A stretch of DNA of 63,079 nucleotides, counting the filler. It is 5 parts of 5 records of this genome, joined end to end, with 100 filler letters (N's around TTAATTAATTAA, not from the genome) between each part and the next. Parts side by side here need not be neighbours in the genome. Positions count along the whole stretch, not along the records: positions 1 to 16,904 come from SRR31156797_34426; positions 17,005 to 29,651 come from SRR31156797_34465; 3 more parts are not named here. One strand, given 5' to 3'. Shown here piece by piece: positions 9,059 through 21,071 of this stretch. The notes beneath the pieces are model-generated. The model saw only the letters and a program-made list of their open reading frames with translations. It did no database searches and was not told the DNA's origin. The stretch's first letter is position 1; each line of letters begins with the position of its first letter. A program made the position numbers and the translations under genes.

Positions 9059-10642
9059 ATGACCGATAGTGAACTTGTCCAGCGCCTGCGCAGGAATCTT
9101 CCCCGCAACTATGGCATAAAAGTGATGTACATAGGTTATCCCATGATTGGGTTACGAATCCCGCGCAGTTCGGTTTCAGAATTCTCGCAGAAAGACACCA
9201 CTGTTCTTTATGATCAGCTCTATTCGAATATGGAGCAGATAAGACCATCAGAGATCGAGGAAGTCTATATTATTGCTGATTCGGACCATATGACTATGGA
9301 TCCGGATACTTTCTTCAAACCTATGATGGGTGCTCCGGATTCCGCTGCATCTGCTGTGATCAGGAATACACAGGATAAAATATCCCTTGAAGACGCTGTG
9401 ATACTTCATGATAAGGATTTAGAACCTGATGGTTCATTGGTGCCGGATTCAATGCCGGAAGATGCTTCAACTCCTATTTACGCAGGTATACCGGAAGATG
9501 ATCCGGAAAGATCAGCTTTTGCAGGTCTGCTGGATTCAGCTGCTGAAGAAAAGCCTAAGCGTGCTAAGAAGATTCCTCTGGAAACACCAGATGAAGTCTA
9601 TTTCGCAGAAAGTGCTAGCGAAGCTTCGGCACAGGTCTGCCTGTATGAACCGCAGATATGTGTGGAGCTTACTCCCAGGGAATATGTTCCAATTCTTGGT
9701 CACGATGAGCTTGAGAGTGAATTAAAGGAAGAATTAAAAGTTGATTCTCCGCATGAGGTTACTGCATCCGAGCAACTTCTTGATGATCTCAAAGAGGATA
9801 AGACAGTAGGCAAGATACTCAATGATTTTGCCCGAAATTCGCAGAAAAAGAGGCTTGCAGTAGGGCGTCTTAAATCTGGAAGACGTGCGGAAGTGCTTAC
9901 TAAGAGCAAACGCGGGCGCTACGTCAGATACAGAATGCCCGGTGAGAAGATAAATGATATCGCTATTGCTCCGACTGTCAGGGCAGCAGCGCATCATGCA
10001 AAGGATGGACGTATTGAGATCAGGAAGAGTGATATCAGGGAAAAGGTAAGAAGGAGACGTATTTCCAGCCTGATAAACATTGTTTTTGACACGTCCGGGT
10101 CCATGGATGAGCATGAGAAGATTCAGATTACAACAAGTGTTGTTCTTGCATTGCTCAAGGACGCTTACCAGCGCAGGGACAGGGTTTCACTTGTAACATA
10201 TAGTGGACGTAGTGGTGAACTGGTACTACCGTTTACTTCTTCAGTGGAAGCTGCAAAACGCTATCTTGAAAAGGTGCCTTTTGGAGGGACAACACCCATG
10301 GCATCTGGTCTGCTCAGAGGACTTGATACTCTTCTGCGGGAAGTAAAGAAAGAACCATCTGCCGTACCTATAATGATACTCGTTACCGATGGGACTGCAA
10401 ACTCAGCCCTACATCTTGGGGGCAATATAAGAAGAGAAATCATGCAGGTCTGTAGGCAGGTAGCTGATCATCGTATTAATCTTCTTGTTGTGGATATAAG
10501 TGATACAGGTTCAAGGCTTGCCAAGGAGGTTGCATTGCAGAGCAATGGAAATTATTATCATCCTAAATCATTGAGCAGGGAAGCTCTTTATTCCGCTATC
10601 AGGCAGGAGAGGGATCAGAAGACTGACTTTGCTCTGGTTTGA
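9059..10642 (+). CDS. ChlD-like vWA-domain protein lacking an AAA module
   Basis: RGRYVR, IAIAPTVRAAA, DTSGSM (MIDAS), DAYQRRDRV, GGTTP and TDGTAN; acidic N-terminal half. Confidence 0.85.
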   Translation: MTDSELVQRLRRNLPRNYGIKVMYIGYPMIGLRIPRSSVSEFSQKDTTVLYDQLYSNMEQIRPSEIEEVYIIADSDHMTMDPDTFFKPMMGAPDSAASAVIRNTQDKISLEDAVILHDKDLEPDGSLVPDSMPEDASTPIYAGIPEDDPERSAFAGLLDSAAEEKPKRAKKIPLETPDEVYFAESASEASAQVCLYEPQICVELTPREYVPILGHDELESELKEELKVDSPHEVTASEQLLDDLKEDKTVGKILNDFARNSQKKRLAVGRLKSGRRAEVLTKSKRGRYVRYRMPGEKINDIAIAPTVRAAAHHAKDGRIEIRKSDIREKVRRRRISSLINIVFDTSGSMDEHEKIQITTSVVLALLKDAYQRRDRVSLVTYSGRSGELVLPFTSSVEAAKRYLEKVPFGGTTPMASGLLRGLDTLLREVKKEPSAVPIMILVTDGTANSALHLGGNIRREIMQVCRQVADHRINLLVVDISDTGSRLAKEVALQSNGNYYHPKSLSREALYSAIRQERDQKTDFALV

Positions 10643-10926
10643 CCATGAAGTTTGTCTTCAGCGGACCCACTGGGGTGGTTAAAGTCATTTATAGCTTTGA
10701 TTGTAAAACTTATTGTCCCCAGTATTCTTGTGATTCTATAGTTCTGCAAAGGATCACTATTAAACAAAGAACGTCACGGACATCCGCCGCAGGCGGCACG
10801 TTCTTTCATTTCCATCCTGAAGACGAGTGAAATAATGCAGTTCTTAAAAATTGATGCGTTCAATGTTGTAATTTGCGGGATTTCTAGAGCCAAAAACTGG
10901 ATACTTTATGCGTTCTATGGTTTACT

Positions 10927-11056
10927 ATGGTCGCAACGATACAGATTAGAAGAGTTACAGGCTGAACTTGATTGTAGAAAAGTTTTTTCTGGTGAAAGCT
11001 ACGAGGAGTTTATCCGGGGTCTACTCGAAGAGCCAAGGAAAGAACTGGGTCTTTGA
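10927..11056 (+). pseudogene. Frameshifted, truncated archaeal antitoxin-like small gene
   Basis: ATG GTC GCA ACG ATA CAG ATT (MVATIQI), then after a frameshift EELQAELDCRKVFSGESYEEFIRGLLE; resembles TTIQISEEL...ESYEEVI..LLE small DNA-binding proteins. Confidence 0.5.
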
Positions 11057-11144
11057 TCTGTAAAGCTAGGATATTGGATGATCTTATTTTGTGCCGATAC
11101 CGATACTCATATATCTTCTCAACGCATATCGGATAATTGAAAAT

Positions 11145-12077
11145 ATGTCCGATACAGATACATCTCTTATTAATAGTCAACTTCTTGAGCGCATCGACAT
11201 TAAGCTGCAAAAGCTTGATTCCATACGTCCTCTGCCGCCGTCAGTTCTCATGCGACTGAACGAGGAAATGAAGCTGATGCACACTTATCATTCCAATGCC
11301 ATAGAGGGGAACACTCTCACACTTCAGGAAACGAAGCTCGTGCTGGAGGACGGGGTGACCATAGGCGGGAAATCCCTCAGGGAACATATCGAGGCCAGTA
11401 ACACGGCAAAGGCGTTTGATCTGGTCGAAGAGATGGCAAAGGGAGAAGTACCGATAGGCCATGTCAGCATCCAGCAACTCCATGAGGTTGTGACCGCTGG
11501 TCTGCTTGAAGATGCCGGACAGTATCGCAGCAGGAATGTGAGGATTACAGGTGCTGTGAAGACTCCACCCGACTGGTCAAAGATAGTCTGGCTAATGGAC
11601 CGGCTGCTTCAGGACGTGAGAAAAGGCAAAGGTCACCCAATAGAGACTGCATCCTTCCTGCACCACGGCTTCGTTGAGATTCATCCTTTCACAGACGGTA
11701 ATGGCAGGGTGGCACGCCTGCTGATGAACCTCTATCTCATCTCAAGGAACTATCCGCCGGTGGTGTTGAAGAAAGAGAACCGGAAAAAATACTATTCTGC
11801 ACTCAGGTCCGCAGACCGGGGGAATCTTAAACCGTTCGCGCAGTTCATCGCAAGGGCAGTCAACGACAGCCTGACCCTCTATCTCTCGGCTTCAGGGGGG
11901 CCCGATGAACTTCTCTCGCTTAAGGAACTGGCCGAAAATTCACCATACTCTCAGGAATATCTCAGCCTGCGGGCAAGACAGGGAGTTTTGGATGCTGTAA
12001 AGATGGGCAGGATATGGTATTCCTCACAGGATGCGATTGACCGGTATCTTACTGATCATGGGAATAAGGATGCATGA
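11145..12077 (+). CDS. Fic family protein with C-terminal HTH-like extension
   Basis: HPFTDGNGRVAR catalytic motif, SNAIEGN inhibitory motif and a YSQEYLSLRARQG tail. Confidence 0.93.
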   Translation: MSDTDTSLINSQLLERIDIKLQKLDSIRPLPPSVLMRLNEEMKLMHTYHSNAIEGNTLTLQETKLVLEDGVTIGGKSLREHIEASNTAKAFDLVEEMAKGEVPIGHVSIQQLHEVVTAGLLEDAGQYRSRNVRITGAVKTPPDWSKIVWLMDRLLQDVRKGKGHPIETASFLHHGFVEIHPFTDGNGRVARLLMNLYLISRNYPPVVLKKENRKKYYSALRSADRGNLKPFAQFIARAVNDSLTLYLSASGGPDELLSLKELAENSPYSQEYLSLRARQGVLDAVKMGRIWYSSQDAIDRYLTDHGNKDA

Positions 12078-12182
12078 AAGCTGAGATTTCTGTCAGGTAA
12101 TTTTTGATGTTTAAAAGAATCGGCAATTTTTGAATCTCTACAGTAACTCTCTTTATATAATGTAAGGTATTAAGCGATAACT

Positions 12183-12746
12183 ATGTTAGATCTACTTTGT
12201 AAATCCCTGCTGGATGCTCCAATTGTCCACAGAGGGCCTTATAATTATTTCATTCATCCTATTTCGGACGGCGTTCCACAACTTGAGCCTGCGCTACTTG
12301 AGGAAATAAGCGATCATATACTGGGAATGATCAGCATGGATTTTGATAAGATACTTGCCATAGAAGCCATGGGAATTCCCCTTGCAACTGCACTTTCAAT
12401 GAAGACTGGAGTACCTTTCACTATAATAAGGAAAAGACCGTATGAACTTGAAGGCGAGATAAAGCTCTCGCAGGAAACCGGTTATTCAAAAGGTGAACTC
12501 TACGTTAATGACGTTAAAAAAGGTGACAGGGTACTTATTGTTGATGATGTGATAAGTACAGGTGGCACTCTTGTAGCACTTATTAAAGCCCTTGAGAACA
12601 TCGAAGCTGTGGTCACAGACAACATTGTCATAATAGAACGTGGAGACGGCGTTTCAAGATTAAAAGAGCAGGGTATTGATGTTAGTACTCTTGTGCGTAT
12701 TGATGTAACTGAAAGCGGAGTATCTATAGAGGCTGTTCATGAGTGA
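12183..12746 (+). CDS. hpt: Archaeal hypoxanthine/guanine phosphoribosyltransferase
   Basis: [24 protein letters not shown] and the PRPP motif [10 protein letters not shown]. Confidence 0.85.
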   Translation: MLDLLCKSLLDAPIVHRGPYNYFIHPISDGVPQLEPALLEEISDHILGMISMDFDKILAIEAMGIPLATALSMKTGVPFTIIRKRPYELEGEIKLSQETGYSKGELYVNDVKKGDRVLIVDDVISTGGTLVALIKALENIEAVVTDNIVIIERGDGVSRLKEQGIDVSTLVRIDVTESGVSIEAVHE

Positions 12747-13734
12747 AGGAGAAGCATTTGATTTCCAGATTGATCGTATCATTTCCATAATAAGGGATAG
12801 TGGTGCAAAAAACATTGGACTGCAGTTCCCTGAAGGTTTCAAGAGGCGATCCCTTGCAATAGCCTCAAAAATAGAGGGTGAGACAGGTGCTGAAATAATC
12901 ATATCAGGAAACCCGTGTTTCGGTGCATGCGATATCGATGTTGCCCTTGTGCATGATGTGGAGATTCTTTTCCATTTCGGGCATGCGCATCTTGATGACA
13001 ACACCCTGTCAGATAAGGTATATTTCATCGAGACCCGTTCTGCTGTTGATGTGAAGGATGTTGTAAAGCTGGCTGCTTCTGAGTTAAAAGGGAAGAGAAT
13101 AGGGCTTATAACAACTGTTCAGCATGTGCATAAACTGGAGGATGCGGTTTCAGTATTAAAGGAATACGGAAAGGAATGTGTCATTTGTAGTGGAGACAGC
13201 AAGATAGCCTATCCGGGGCAGGTCCTGGGATGTAATTTCTCTGCAGCAAGGAATGAGGAATGTGACGAGTATCTCTACATAGGAAGTGGTCAGTTCCATC
13301 CGCTCGGTGTTTCTCTGGCAACCAAAAAACATGTTCTTATCGCCGATCCTTTTGTTAATGAGCTTCGTGAGGCGGATGGTTCAAAGATACTCAGGCAGAG
13401 AAGTGCTGTTATTGCAAAGTCGCTGGATGCTGAGGTATTTGGCATTGTTGTTTCTACAAAGCCCGGACAGGAGCGCATGAAGCTTGCAGAGCAACTAAAA
13501 GCAATGGCAAAGAAACACGGGAAGGATGCTTATATTTTCACAATGGACCTTGTTACGCCTGATCAGCTGTTACAGTTTAAGGTAGATGCGTTTGTAAACA
13601 CTGCATGTCCCAGGCTTGCTGTGGATGAAGTGGGCAGGTTCCCGGCACCTATGCTGACTCCCCTGGAGTTTGAGATCGTGCTTGGTGAGAGGGAATGGGA
13701 AGACCTTTACTTTGATGAGATCACAGGTGAATGA
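12739..13734 (+). CDS. dph2: Diphthamide biosynthesis enzyme Dph2
   Basis: LQFPEG, GACD, HFGH, GQVLGC and TACPR (three Fe-S cysteines). Confidence 0.95.
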   Translation: MSEGEAFDFQIDRIISIIRDSGAKNIGLQFPEGFKRRSLAIASKIEGETGAEIIISGNPCFGACDIDVALVHDVEILFHFGHAHLDDNTLSDKVYFIETRSAVDVKDVVKLAASELKGKRIGLITTVQHVHKLEDAVSVLKEYGKECVICSGDSKIAYPGQVLGCNFSAARNEECDEYLYIGSGQFHPLGVSLATKKHVLIADPFVNELREADGSKILRQRSAVIAKSLDAEVFGIVVSTKPGQERMKLAEQLKAMAKKHGKDAYIFTMDLVTPDQLLQFKVDAFVNTACPRLAVDEVGRFPAPMLTPLEFEIVLGEREWEDLYFDEITGE

Positions 13735-14324
13735 AATTGAAGCAGCGAAAGCTTGAGATGCTCCTTCAGCAGGTTGAGGGGTTTGACAAACCCAATGTTG
13801 ATCTTGAGCAGTATGCAACACCTGCATTACTAGCTGCTGAAATGCTTCATTTTGCCTATATGCAGGGTGATCTTGAGGGATCCGTATTTGATCTTGGATG
13901 TGGCACCGGGATGCTTTCCATCGGGGCCAAACTGCTGGGAGCTGAGAAGGTTACGGGCTTTGATATTGACAGTAAGGCCATCAAGGTTGCAGAAAAGAAT
14001 GCTGAAAAGCTTGGAGCTGACGTGGAGTTTGTCCAGACAGATATCCGGGATGTTGAAGTGCATGCTGATACTGTGGTCATGAATCCTCCATTTGGTGCAC
14101 AGTCCAAAGGCAATGATCGACCGTTTCTTTTAAGTGCGTTGAAAACCAGTGATGTGGTATATTCTATTCATAATTGCGGGAGTCATGATTTTATAAGTAA
14201 GTTCATAGGTGATGCCAGAATCACAGATTGGTATACAACTTCATTTCCGATAAAACGAACATTTAAATTTCATAAAAAAGAAGTAGAAATGATAAAGGTA
14301 GAAATTTACCGTATTGTACGGTGA
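13731..14324 (+). CDS. METTL5-family SAM-dependent N6-adenine methyltransferase
   Basis: LEQYAT, DLGCGTG, NPPFG and FHKK motifs. Confidence 0.9.
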   Translation: MKLKQRKLEMLLQQVEGFDKPNVDLEQYATPALLAAEMLHFAYMQGDLEGSVFDLGCGTGMLSIGAKLLGAEKVTGFDIDSKAIKVAEKNAEKLGADVEFVQTDIRDVEVHADTVVMNPPFGAQSKGNDRPFLLSALKTSDVVYSIHNCGSHDFISKFIGDARITDWYTTSFPIKRTFKFHKKEVEMIKVEIYRIVR

Positions 14325-14635
14325 CACATCTATTACAGTTCTTACTTAAAAAATGTCATAAATCTTGCACATTTTTATATTGATTTCAAATCATAAGAGG
14401 GATTTTAATTAGGATAAGAAACAGAAGAAAAACTTCCCGCAGGAAGATTAAATCATCTGATTCCGACGACCATGAGGTTGGTGAGGAAGAAGTTGCTGAA
14501 ACCGGACAGGAAACTGTTGAAGTAAAAGAAAAGACAGCAGAACGTTCCACTGATGGTGAAAAGGATAAGGCTCGAAGCGGTGGAGCAAGAAAGAAGAACA
14601 GGAAACCCGATAATGGGTCTAGGGAAGAGGATGAT

Positions 14636-15223
14636 ATGGACGCAGAAGATGAAGTTAACACAGAAGAAAGTGTTTTTGTAATGCCTGGTGATCTTATAGG
14701 TACTACAGAAGAATTCAAAGCTGGTGAAGGTACCTATGTAAACGTGGCAGATATCCATTCACTGAACACAGGATATGTTAAGGTGAGCAGGAAGTCAAGG
14801 ACTATCTCTGTAGAACCACAAACAAGCACCCCTCCTGAGATTAATGAAGGTGACGTCATTCTTGGAAGTGTTGTAAATATGCGCGACTCTGTTGCTCTGG
14901 TAGAGGTCGGAGCGATCAAGGGTAAAGGCGATCGTGAGTTTAAGACCAACGGCGCAGCAGCTATTCACGTTTCCAACGTGAAGGATTCCTATGTCAAGAA
15001 CCTCGGGCAGGAATTTTCCCTTTCAGATGTTGTAAAGGCAAGGGTCATTAATACCCAGAACATGCGCCTGACTACCGATGGTAAGGATCTTGGAGTTATG
15101 AAAGCTTATTGTTCAAGGTGCCACAGCCCGATGGGAATGGATAACAACAGGTTAAAGTGTCCGGAATGCGGCCGCGTTGAGAAAAGAAAGATTTCTTCAG
15201 ACTACGGAACAGGTATTTTCTGA
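14636..15223 (+). CDS. csl4: Exosome component Csl4 (true start may be ATT 14408)
   Basis: VMPGD, S1-like domain with IHVS, DLGV.KA.C..C and C..CG..E.RK zinc ribbon; upstream of rpoL. Confidence 0.92.
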   Translation: MDAEDEVNTEESVFVMPGDLIGTTEEFKAGEGTYVNVADIHSLNTGYVKVSRKSRTISVEPQTSTPPEINEGDVILGSVVNMRDSVALVEVGAIKGKGDREFKTNGAAAIHVSNVKDSYVKNLGQEFSLSDVVKARVINTQNMRLTTDGKDLGVMKAYCSRCHSPMGMDNNRLKCPECGRVEKRKISSDYGTGIF

Positions 15224-15265
15224 AGTATATTATACGATTATTGTTTAATTTAAGGTGAGATAAAG

Positions 15266-15544
15266 ATGGAATTGAAGATCATTGATAAAACGGATGATGA
15301 GATGCACCTTGAGATCATAGGTGAGAATCACACTCTTCTCAACATGCTCAAGTCAGCTCTGCTCGATGACCAGAGAGTTCAGATAGCAACATACGACATG
15401 AAACACGTATCAATAAGTGATCCTATACTTTTTGTGAAAACAGATGGTGCTGATCCTATTGATGTCGTGAAGGATGCTGCTAACAGCTTGGTAAGCCAGT
15501 GTGATGAATTCCTGGGAATTTTCAAAAAAGCAATTGATATATAA
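15266..15544 (+). CDS. rpoL: DNA-directed RNA polymerase subunit L (Rpo11)
   Basis: GENHTLLNML motif; AAGGTGA RBS; conserved csl4-rpoL order. Confidence 0.95.
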   Translation: MELKIIDKTDDEMHLEIIGENHTLLNMLKSALLDDQRVQIATYDMKHVSISDPILFVKTDGADPIDVVKDAANSLVSQCDEFLGIFKKAIDI

Positions 15545-15553
15545 TTTGGTTTG

Positions 15554-15600
15554 AAGTGACACCAATTGGTGCACTTTGATCTCTTTTATTTTGTTTTTTG
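15554..15600 (+). terminator. Inverted repeat plus T-rich tract after rpoL
   Basis: AAGTG(A)CACCAATTGGTGCACTT near-palindrome followed by T runs. Confidence 0.4.
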
Positions 15601-15649
15601 ACATACGGCAGTTTTACTTGGACTTGTCCTGCTAAAATTGTCACAATGA

Positions 15650-16885
<1,236 letters not shown>

Positions 16886-16904
16886 ATCTGTCTTCTTTCC
16901 TATT

Positions 16905-17004
16905 NNNNNNNNNNNNNNNNNNNNNNNNNNNNNNNNNNNNNNNNNNNNTTAATTAATTAANNNNNNNNNNNNNNNNNNNNNNNNNNNNNNNNNNNNNNNN
17001 NNNN
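16905..17004. other. Artificial contig linker
   Basis: 44 N + TTAATTAATTAA (stops in all six frames) + 44 N. Confidence 0.99.
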
Positions 17005-17040
17005 TAAGTCCCTTGCGTCTACCAGTTCCGCCATTCGGGC
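17005..17040 (-). tRNA. tRNA-Leu, 5' half (cut by contig end)
   Basis: Reverse complement GCCCGAATGGCGGAACTGGTAGACGCAAGGGACTTA; the anticodon begins TA, so TAA or TAG. Confidence 0.8.
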
Positions 17041-17200
17041 AAGCTATTCGTCTGTAAAACATCCGTGCACATTTAAAACATGAGGTAGTTCACAATACCT
17101 TTGCCATGCTTTTCAGTGCGACTACTGCGGCTCATCACATTCGTCTGTTCGGATATATTTATTAACAGTTTTCACCTTGTCAGTCAATTGTTAAAACATA

Positions 17201-18562
17201 TCAAAAATCTAATGATTTAGGCGTACGTGCAAACGGCATCACATCTCGAATGTTTGAAACACCTGTAACAAACATCAAAAAACGCTCGAATCCAAGCCCA
17301 AAACCTGAATGCGGCACAGAACCGTACTTGCGAAGCTCCGCATACCACCAGTATTCTTCCATATCAAGCCCCATCTTTTCGATGGCTGATTCGAGTACAT
17401 CAAGACGCTCCTCACGCTGTGAGCCACCGATAAGCTCGCCCACATGAGGCACAAGCAAATCCATAGCCGCTACAGTCTCGCCGTCATCATTCTGGCGCAT
17501 ATAGAAAGGTTTGATAGTTTTAGGATAATTATATACGAAAACAGGCTTTTTGAAGTGCTTCTCTGAGAGGTAACGCTCGTGCTCTGTCTGAAGGTCTGTA
17601 CCAAAATCCACAGGGAACTCAAACTTCTCACCGCTAGCTTGCAATATTTTGATCGCCTCACGATACTCACAACGCTCAAAGTCGGACTCAAGAACGTGTT
17701 TAAGCTTACCCTCGAGCTCTTTATCAACAAATTTAAAAAACAGCTCCAAGTCTTCGGCGCAGTTCTCAAGTAGGAATCTTATAAGGTATTTAACGAAATC
17801 TTCCGCCAGTGACATATTATCGTGGATATCAGCGAAAGCAACCTCCGGCTCGATCATCCAAAACTCTGATGCGTGGCGTGGCGTGTTACTATTTTCCGCC
17901 CTGAAAGTAGGACCAAAGGTGTAGACATTACCGAGCGAGCATGCGTAGTTTTCAACATTCAGCTGACCGGAAACAGTCAAATAAGCCGCCTTACCAAAAA
18001 AGTCTTCGGCAGCGGGCTTTTTAGTATCATCAAGCGTGGTAACACGAAACATCTGCCCTGCTCCCTCACAGTCAGAACCTGTGATAATAGGCGTATGAAC
18101 ATAGTAGAAACCACGCTCACGAAAGAACTGATGTACAGCGTATGACGCCTCTGAGCGGATGCGGAATATCGCACTATATTTATTAGTCCTCGGTCTCAGG
18201 TGTGCGATAGTGCGCAGGAATTCGTCAGAGTGACGCTTCTTTTGTAGAGGAAAAGTTTCAGGATCAGCAAAGCCGACCATCTTAACCTCTTTCGCTTTCA
18301 GCTCCCACTTCTGCCCCTTCCCGGGTGATTCGATAAGGTCGCCAACTATCTCTACCGATGCACCTGTATTAATATCTTTAAGTGCTTCATAGGTTTCGAT
18401 ATCCTCATCAGCTATCACCTGAAGGTTTTTCAGGCAAGAGCCGTCATTTATCTCTAAAAAGGTAAAGTTCTTCGAGTCACGCTTACTGCGCACCCAGCCC
18501 TGCACCTTAACATCTTTCATCTCACTCTCAGCGTTCAGAAAATCTTTCACTCTATCTTTCAT
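17201..18562 (-). CDS. asnS: Asparagine--tRNA ligase
   Basis: OB-fold start, [39 protein letters not shown] and GFGLGFER. Confidence 0.97.
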   Translation of the reverse strand: MKDRVKDFLNAESEMKDVKVQGWVRSKRDSKNFTFLEINDGSCLKNLQVIADEDIETYEALKDINTGASVEIVGDLIESPGKGQKWELKAKEVKMVGFADPETFPLQKKRHSDEFLRTIAHLRPRTNKYSAIFRIRSEASYAVHQFFRERGFYYVHTPIITGSDCEGAGQMFRVTTLDDTKKPAAEDFFGKAAYLTVSGQLNVENYACSLGNVYTFGPTFRAENSNTPRHASEFWMIEPEVAFADIHDNMSLAEDFVKYLIRFLLENCAEDLELFFKFVDKELEGKLKHVLESDFERCEYREAIKILQASGEKFEFPVDFGTDLQTEHERYLSEKHFKKPVFVYNYPKTIKPFYMRQNDDGETVAAMDLLVPHVGELIGGSQREERLDVLESAIEKMGLDMEEYWWYAELRKYGSVPHSGFGLGFERFLMFVTGVSNIRDVMPFARTPKSLDF

Positions 18563-18564
18563 AT

Positions 18565-19983
18565 CTACCTCACAGAAAAATCAAAACCACCGCCACGAAG
18601 ATCGGCTATGCTCTCTTTCACTGCATTTATTATAACATCTATATCCTCTTCCGTGTGTGACGAAGAGAGGTAACATATACGGCGTTCCCACGTGTAAACG
18701 CCCCTCAAAATCATGTTAAAAAACATAAGCTCAAGCTCTATAGGTTCGAGATGTAAAGCGTAGTCACCAAAGCTTTCAAAGCGAAACATTGAACCGTAAT
18801 ATTTAATATTAACAGGTATATGCTCATCTATAAAATAATTATTGAGAGAATCGCAAAGCCTTTTAGTAAGCTCCCCTGCTCTATCCTGATGCTTCGTTCC
18901 AGTACGCTTAAGCTCTTCTAAAATCGCCTTGCTAGCCGCCATGCTTAAAGGGTGCTTAAAGTAAGTTCCGGCATAGAATATTACGTCAGTCTCAGGTTTT
19001 GAACCGTCGCCGAAACGCCAGCCACCGCCGTCTATAACGTCCATGAATTTACGTTTGCCGGCAACCGCACTCACAGGCATCCCATTACCAAATGACTTCC
19101 CATAGATAACTATATCAGCCATTATTCCGTAGATGTGCTGTGCGCCGCCCGGGTGAAGCCTGAAGCCTGTCACCACCTCATCAAATATGAGTGCTGTATT
19201 ATTATCCTCAGTCAGCTTACGGAGCTTTTGCAGAAATTCTTTCGGTTGCAGGTCTGGTCTCCTGCTCTGTATCGGTTCAACTAAAACAGCGGCACAATCG
19301 TCTATAGACTCAGCTATACGCCTGTAAGCCTCGCCTGTACCGTAATCGAGAAGCTCGACATCAGCAGTCATTCCGTCTGTCGTACCGGTTGAAAGCGGGA
19401 ATGTGCCGTCACCGTTTGTAAATCCGAGTACCCCGTCAAAAGTGCCGTGGAACGAGTTGCGGAAGATGAAAATTTTATTCTTCCCAGTGACAGCCCTCGC
19501 CATGCGAAGTGCAGTCATAACCGCCTCAGAACCTGAGTTACAGAAAGCTACACGGTCAACATCTGTAAGCTCGCAAACAAGCTCCGCCACCTCTGCACTA
19601 AGTTTCAGCTGAGGTCCAAGCTCGTACCCCTTATTAACCTGCTTAGCAATTGCATCCCGCTGAAAGTCAGGGTTATGCCCCATAAAGACAGAGCCGTACC
19701 CCATTGATATATCAACGTAATCATTACCGTCAACATCGATAAAGTGTGCGCCTTTTGAACCCTCGGAGATTATCGGATAGATCATCTCCTTCAAGCTCAT
19801 CTTGAAACTGAGTGCGTTTATCCAGTCGCAAAATTTATCGTAGTTATCCGATGCCCACTGCTTCGACGATGCAGTTTTTTCAGCATATTTCACAGCCAGA
19901 TCATTAACGTAAGCTTTTTGCTTATCCGTCAGCTCGTCCTCAACCATCCGCAGTGCTCGGAAATTTATCTTTGTTTTTTTCAT
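18565..19983 (-). CDS. Class-III PLP aminotransferase (GSA-like, PKS/NRPS AMT-type)
   Basis: [38 protein letters not shown] and AGTYFKHP motifs. Confidence 0.88.
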   Translation of the reverse strand: MKKTKINFRALRMVEDELTDKQKAYVNDLAVKYAEKTASSKQWASDNYDKFCDWINALSFKMSLKEMIYPIISEGSKGAHFIDVDGNDYVDISMGYGSVFMGHNPDFQRDAIAKQVNKGYELGPQLKLSAEVAELVCELTDVDRVAFCNSGSEAVMTALRMARAVTGKNKIFIFRNSFHGTFDGVLGFTNGDGTFPLSTGTTDGMTADVELLDYGTGEAYRRIAESIDDCAAVLVEPIQSRRPDLQPKEFLQKLRKLTEDNNTALIFDEVVTGFRLHPGGAQHIYGIMADIVIYGKSFGNGMPVSAVAGKRKFMDVIDGGGWRFGDGSKPETDVIFYAGTYFKHPLSMAASKAILEELKRTGTKHQDRAGELTKRLCDSLNNYFIDEHIPVNIKYYGSMFRFESFGDYALHLEPIELELMFFNMILRGVYTWERRICYLSSSHTEEDIDVIINAVKESIADLRGGGFDFSVR

Positions 19984-21071
19984 ATGCCGTGGAAGCGACC
20001 CTCTGAGTATATCAGTTCGCCATCAGCGTAAGCCTTGCCGTCTGACATAGCTTTGATCATATCCCAGTGGATACCTGACTTATTCTTACCGCCAGCCTCC
20101 GGATATGATGCACCAACAGCCATATGTATAGTTCTGCCGATCTTCTCATCGAAGAGAATGTTCTTAGTCGGCTTAGTAATATTATCATTAAGTCCGAAAG
20201 CTAGCTCACCAACGAGCCTTGAGCCTTCGTCTGTATCGAGTACGGACTGTAGGAAATCGTTCCCCTTCTCAGCGGATGCTTCCATAATCTTTCCATTTTC
20301 GATCTTAAGCTGTATTCCGCCAGCTTCAACACCCATGTAAGATGTTGGAAGGTCAAAATAAATCTCACCGTTTACGCCATCCTCAACAGGGCTTGTGAAA
20401 ACCTCTCCGTCAGGCATGTTATGATGTCCATTGCAGTTTATCCATTTCCTACCAGCTACGTTGAAGGTGATGTCAGTCTTGTGACCTTCGATGCGGATCT
20501 CTTTTGTACCTGTGAGGATTCCCACAGCCTTATTCTGAAACCTGTCCACTTCGTTCCAGGCGGCTACCGGGTCAGCCTCGTTCAGCTTGCAAGCGTTGTA
20601 AACAAACTCTGAGTATTCATCGAGAGACATCTCCGCATCCTGCGCCATAGCCTGTGTAGGGAATGGGCATAATGACCAACGGAACTCCCCCTTCTGCTCA
20701 CGCTCCATAAGAACATCACGCACCTTGCGCATAGTCTTAGCATAGAGCGAAACCTTTGATTTATCAGCATTTGTAAGCTGTTTTGTGTTGTCAGTGCTGT
20801 CTATGAAAACCTGAGCGGTTATATTCTCTGCGTCCGCCATCACGGAAGCAGGGATAAACTCAAGTTGTTTCTCGTTTGCATATTTATAAAACACCGCCTG
20901 CTGCTCAGAAATCATCATGCGGAGTATCGGGTGTGCTCCCATCTCAAGGGACTGTTTTACGAATTCTTTCACAAGAGGCTCTGCCACTGTTTCTGCTCTG
21001 ATGAGGAATATATCACCCTCTTTCAGTCCGAGCGAATAGTTACAAATTAATTCAGCTAATTTCTTTTCCAT
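19980..21071 (-). CDS. M29 family aminopeptidase (AmpS/AmpT-like)
   Basis: NMPDGEVFTSP, GELAFG, LFDEKIG.T.HMA.G..Y and SGIHWDM motifs. Confidence 0.92.
   Translation of the reverse strand: MEKKLAELICNYSLGLKEGDIFLIRAETVAEPLVKEFVKQSLEMGAHPILRMMISEQQAVFYKYANEKQLEFIPASVMADAENITAQVFIDSTDNTKQLTNADKSKVSLYAKTMRKVRDVLMEREQKGEFRWSLCPFPTQAMAQDAEMSLDEYSEFVYNACKLNEADPVAAWNEVDRFQNKAVGILTGTKEIRIEGHKTDITFNVAGRKWINCNGHHNMPDGEVFTSPVEDGVNGEIYFDLPTSYMGVEAGGIQLKIENGKIMEASAEKGNDFLQSVLDTDEGSRLVGELAFGLNDNITKPTKNILFDEKIGRTIHMAVGASYPEAGGKNKSGIHWDMIKAMSDGKAYADGELIYSEGRFHGI

Noticed and set aside
16905..17004. Repeated TTAATTAATTAA within N runs as a biological repeat, or as evidence of archaeal-bacterial gene transfer
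   Set aside because: It is an artificial six-frame-stop contig spacer
18565..19983. Calling the aminotransferase hemL
   Set aside because: It lacks the HemL GGVNSPVR-type N-terminus and carries PKS/NRPS-AMT-like features instead
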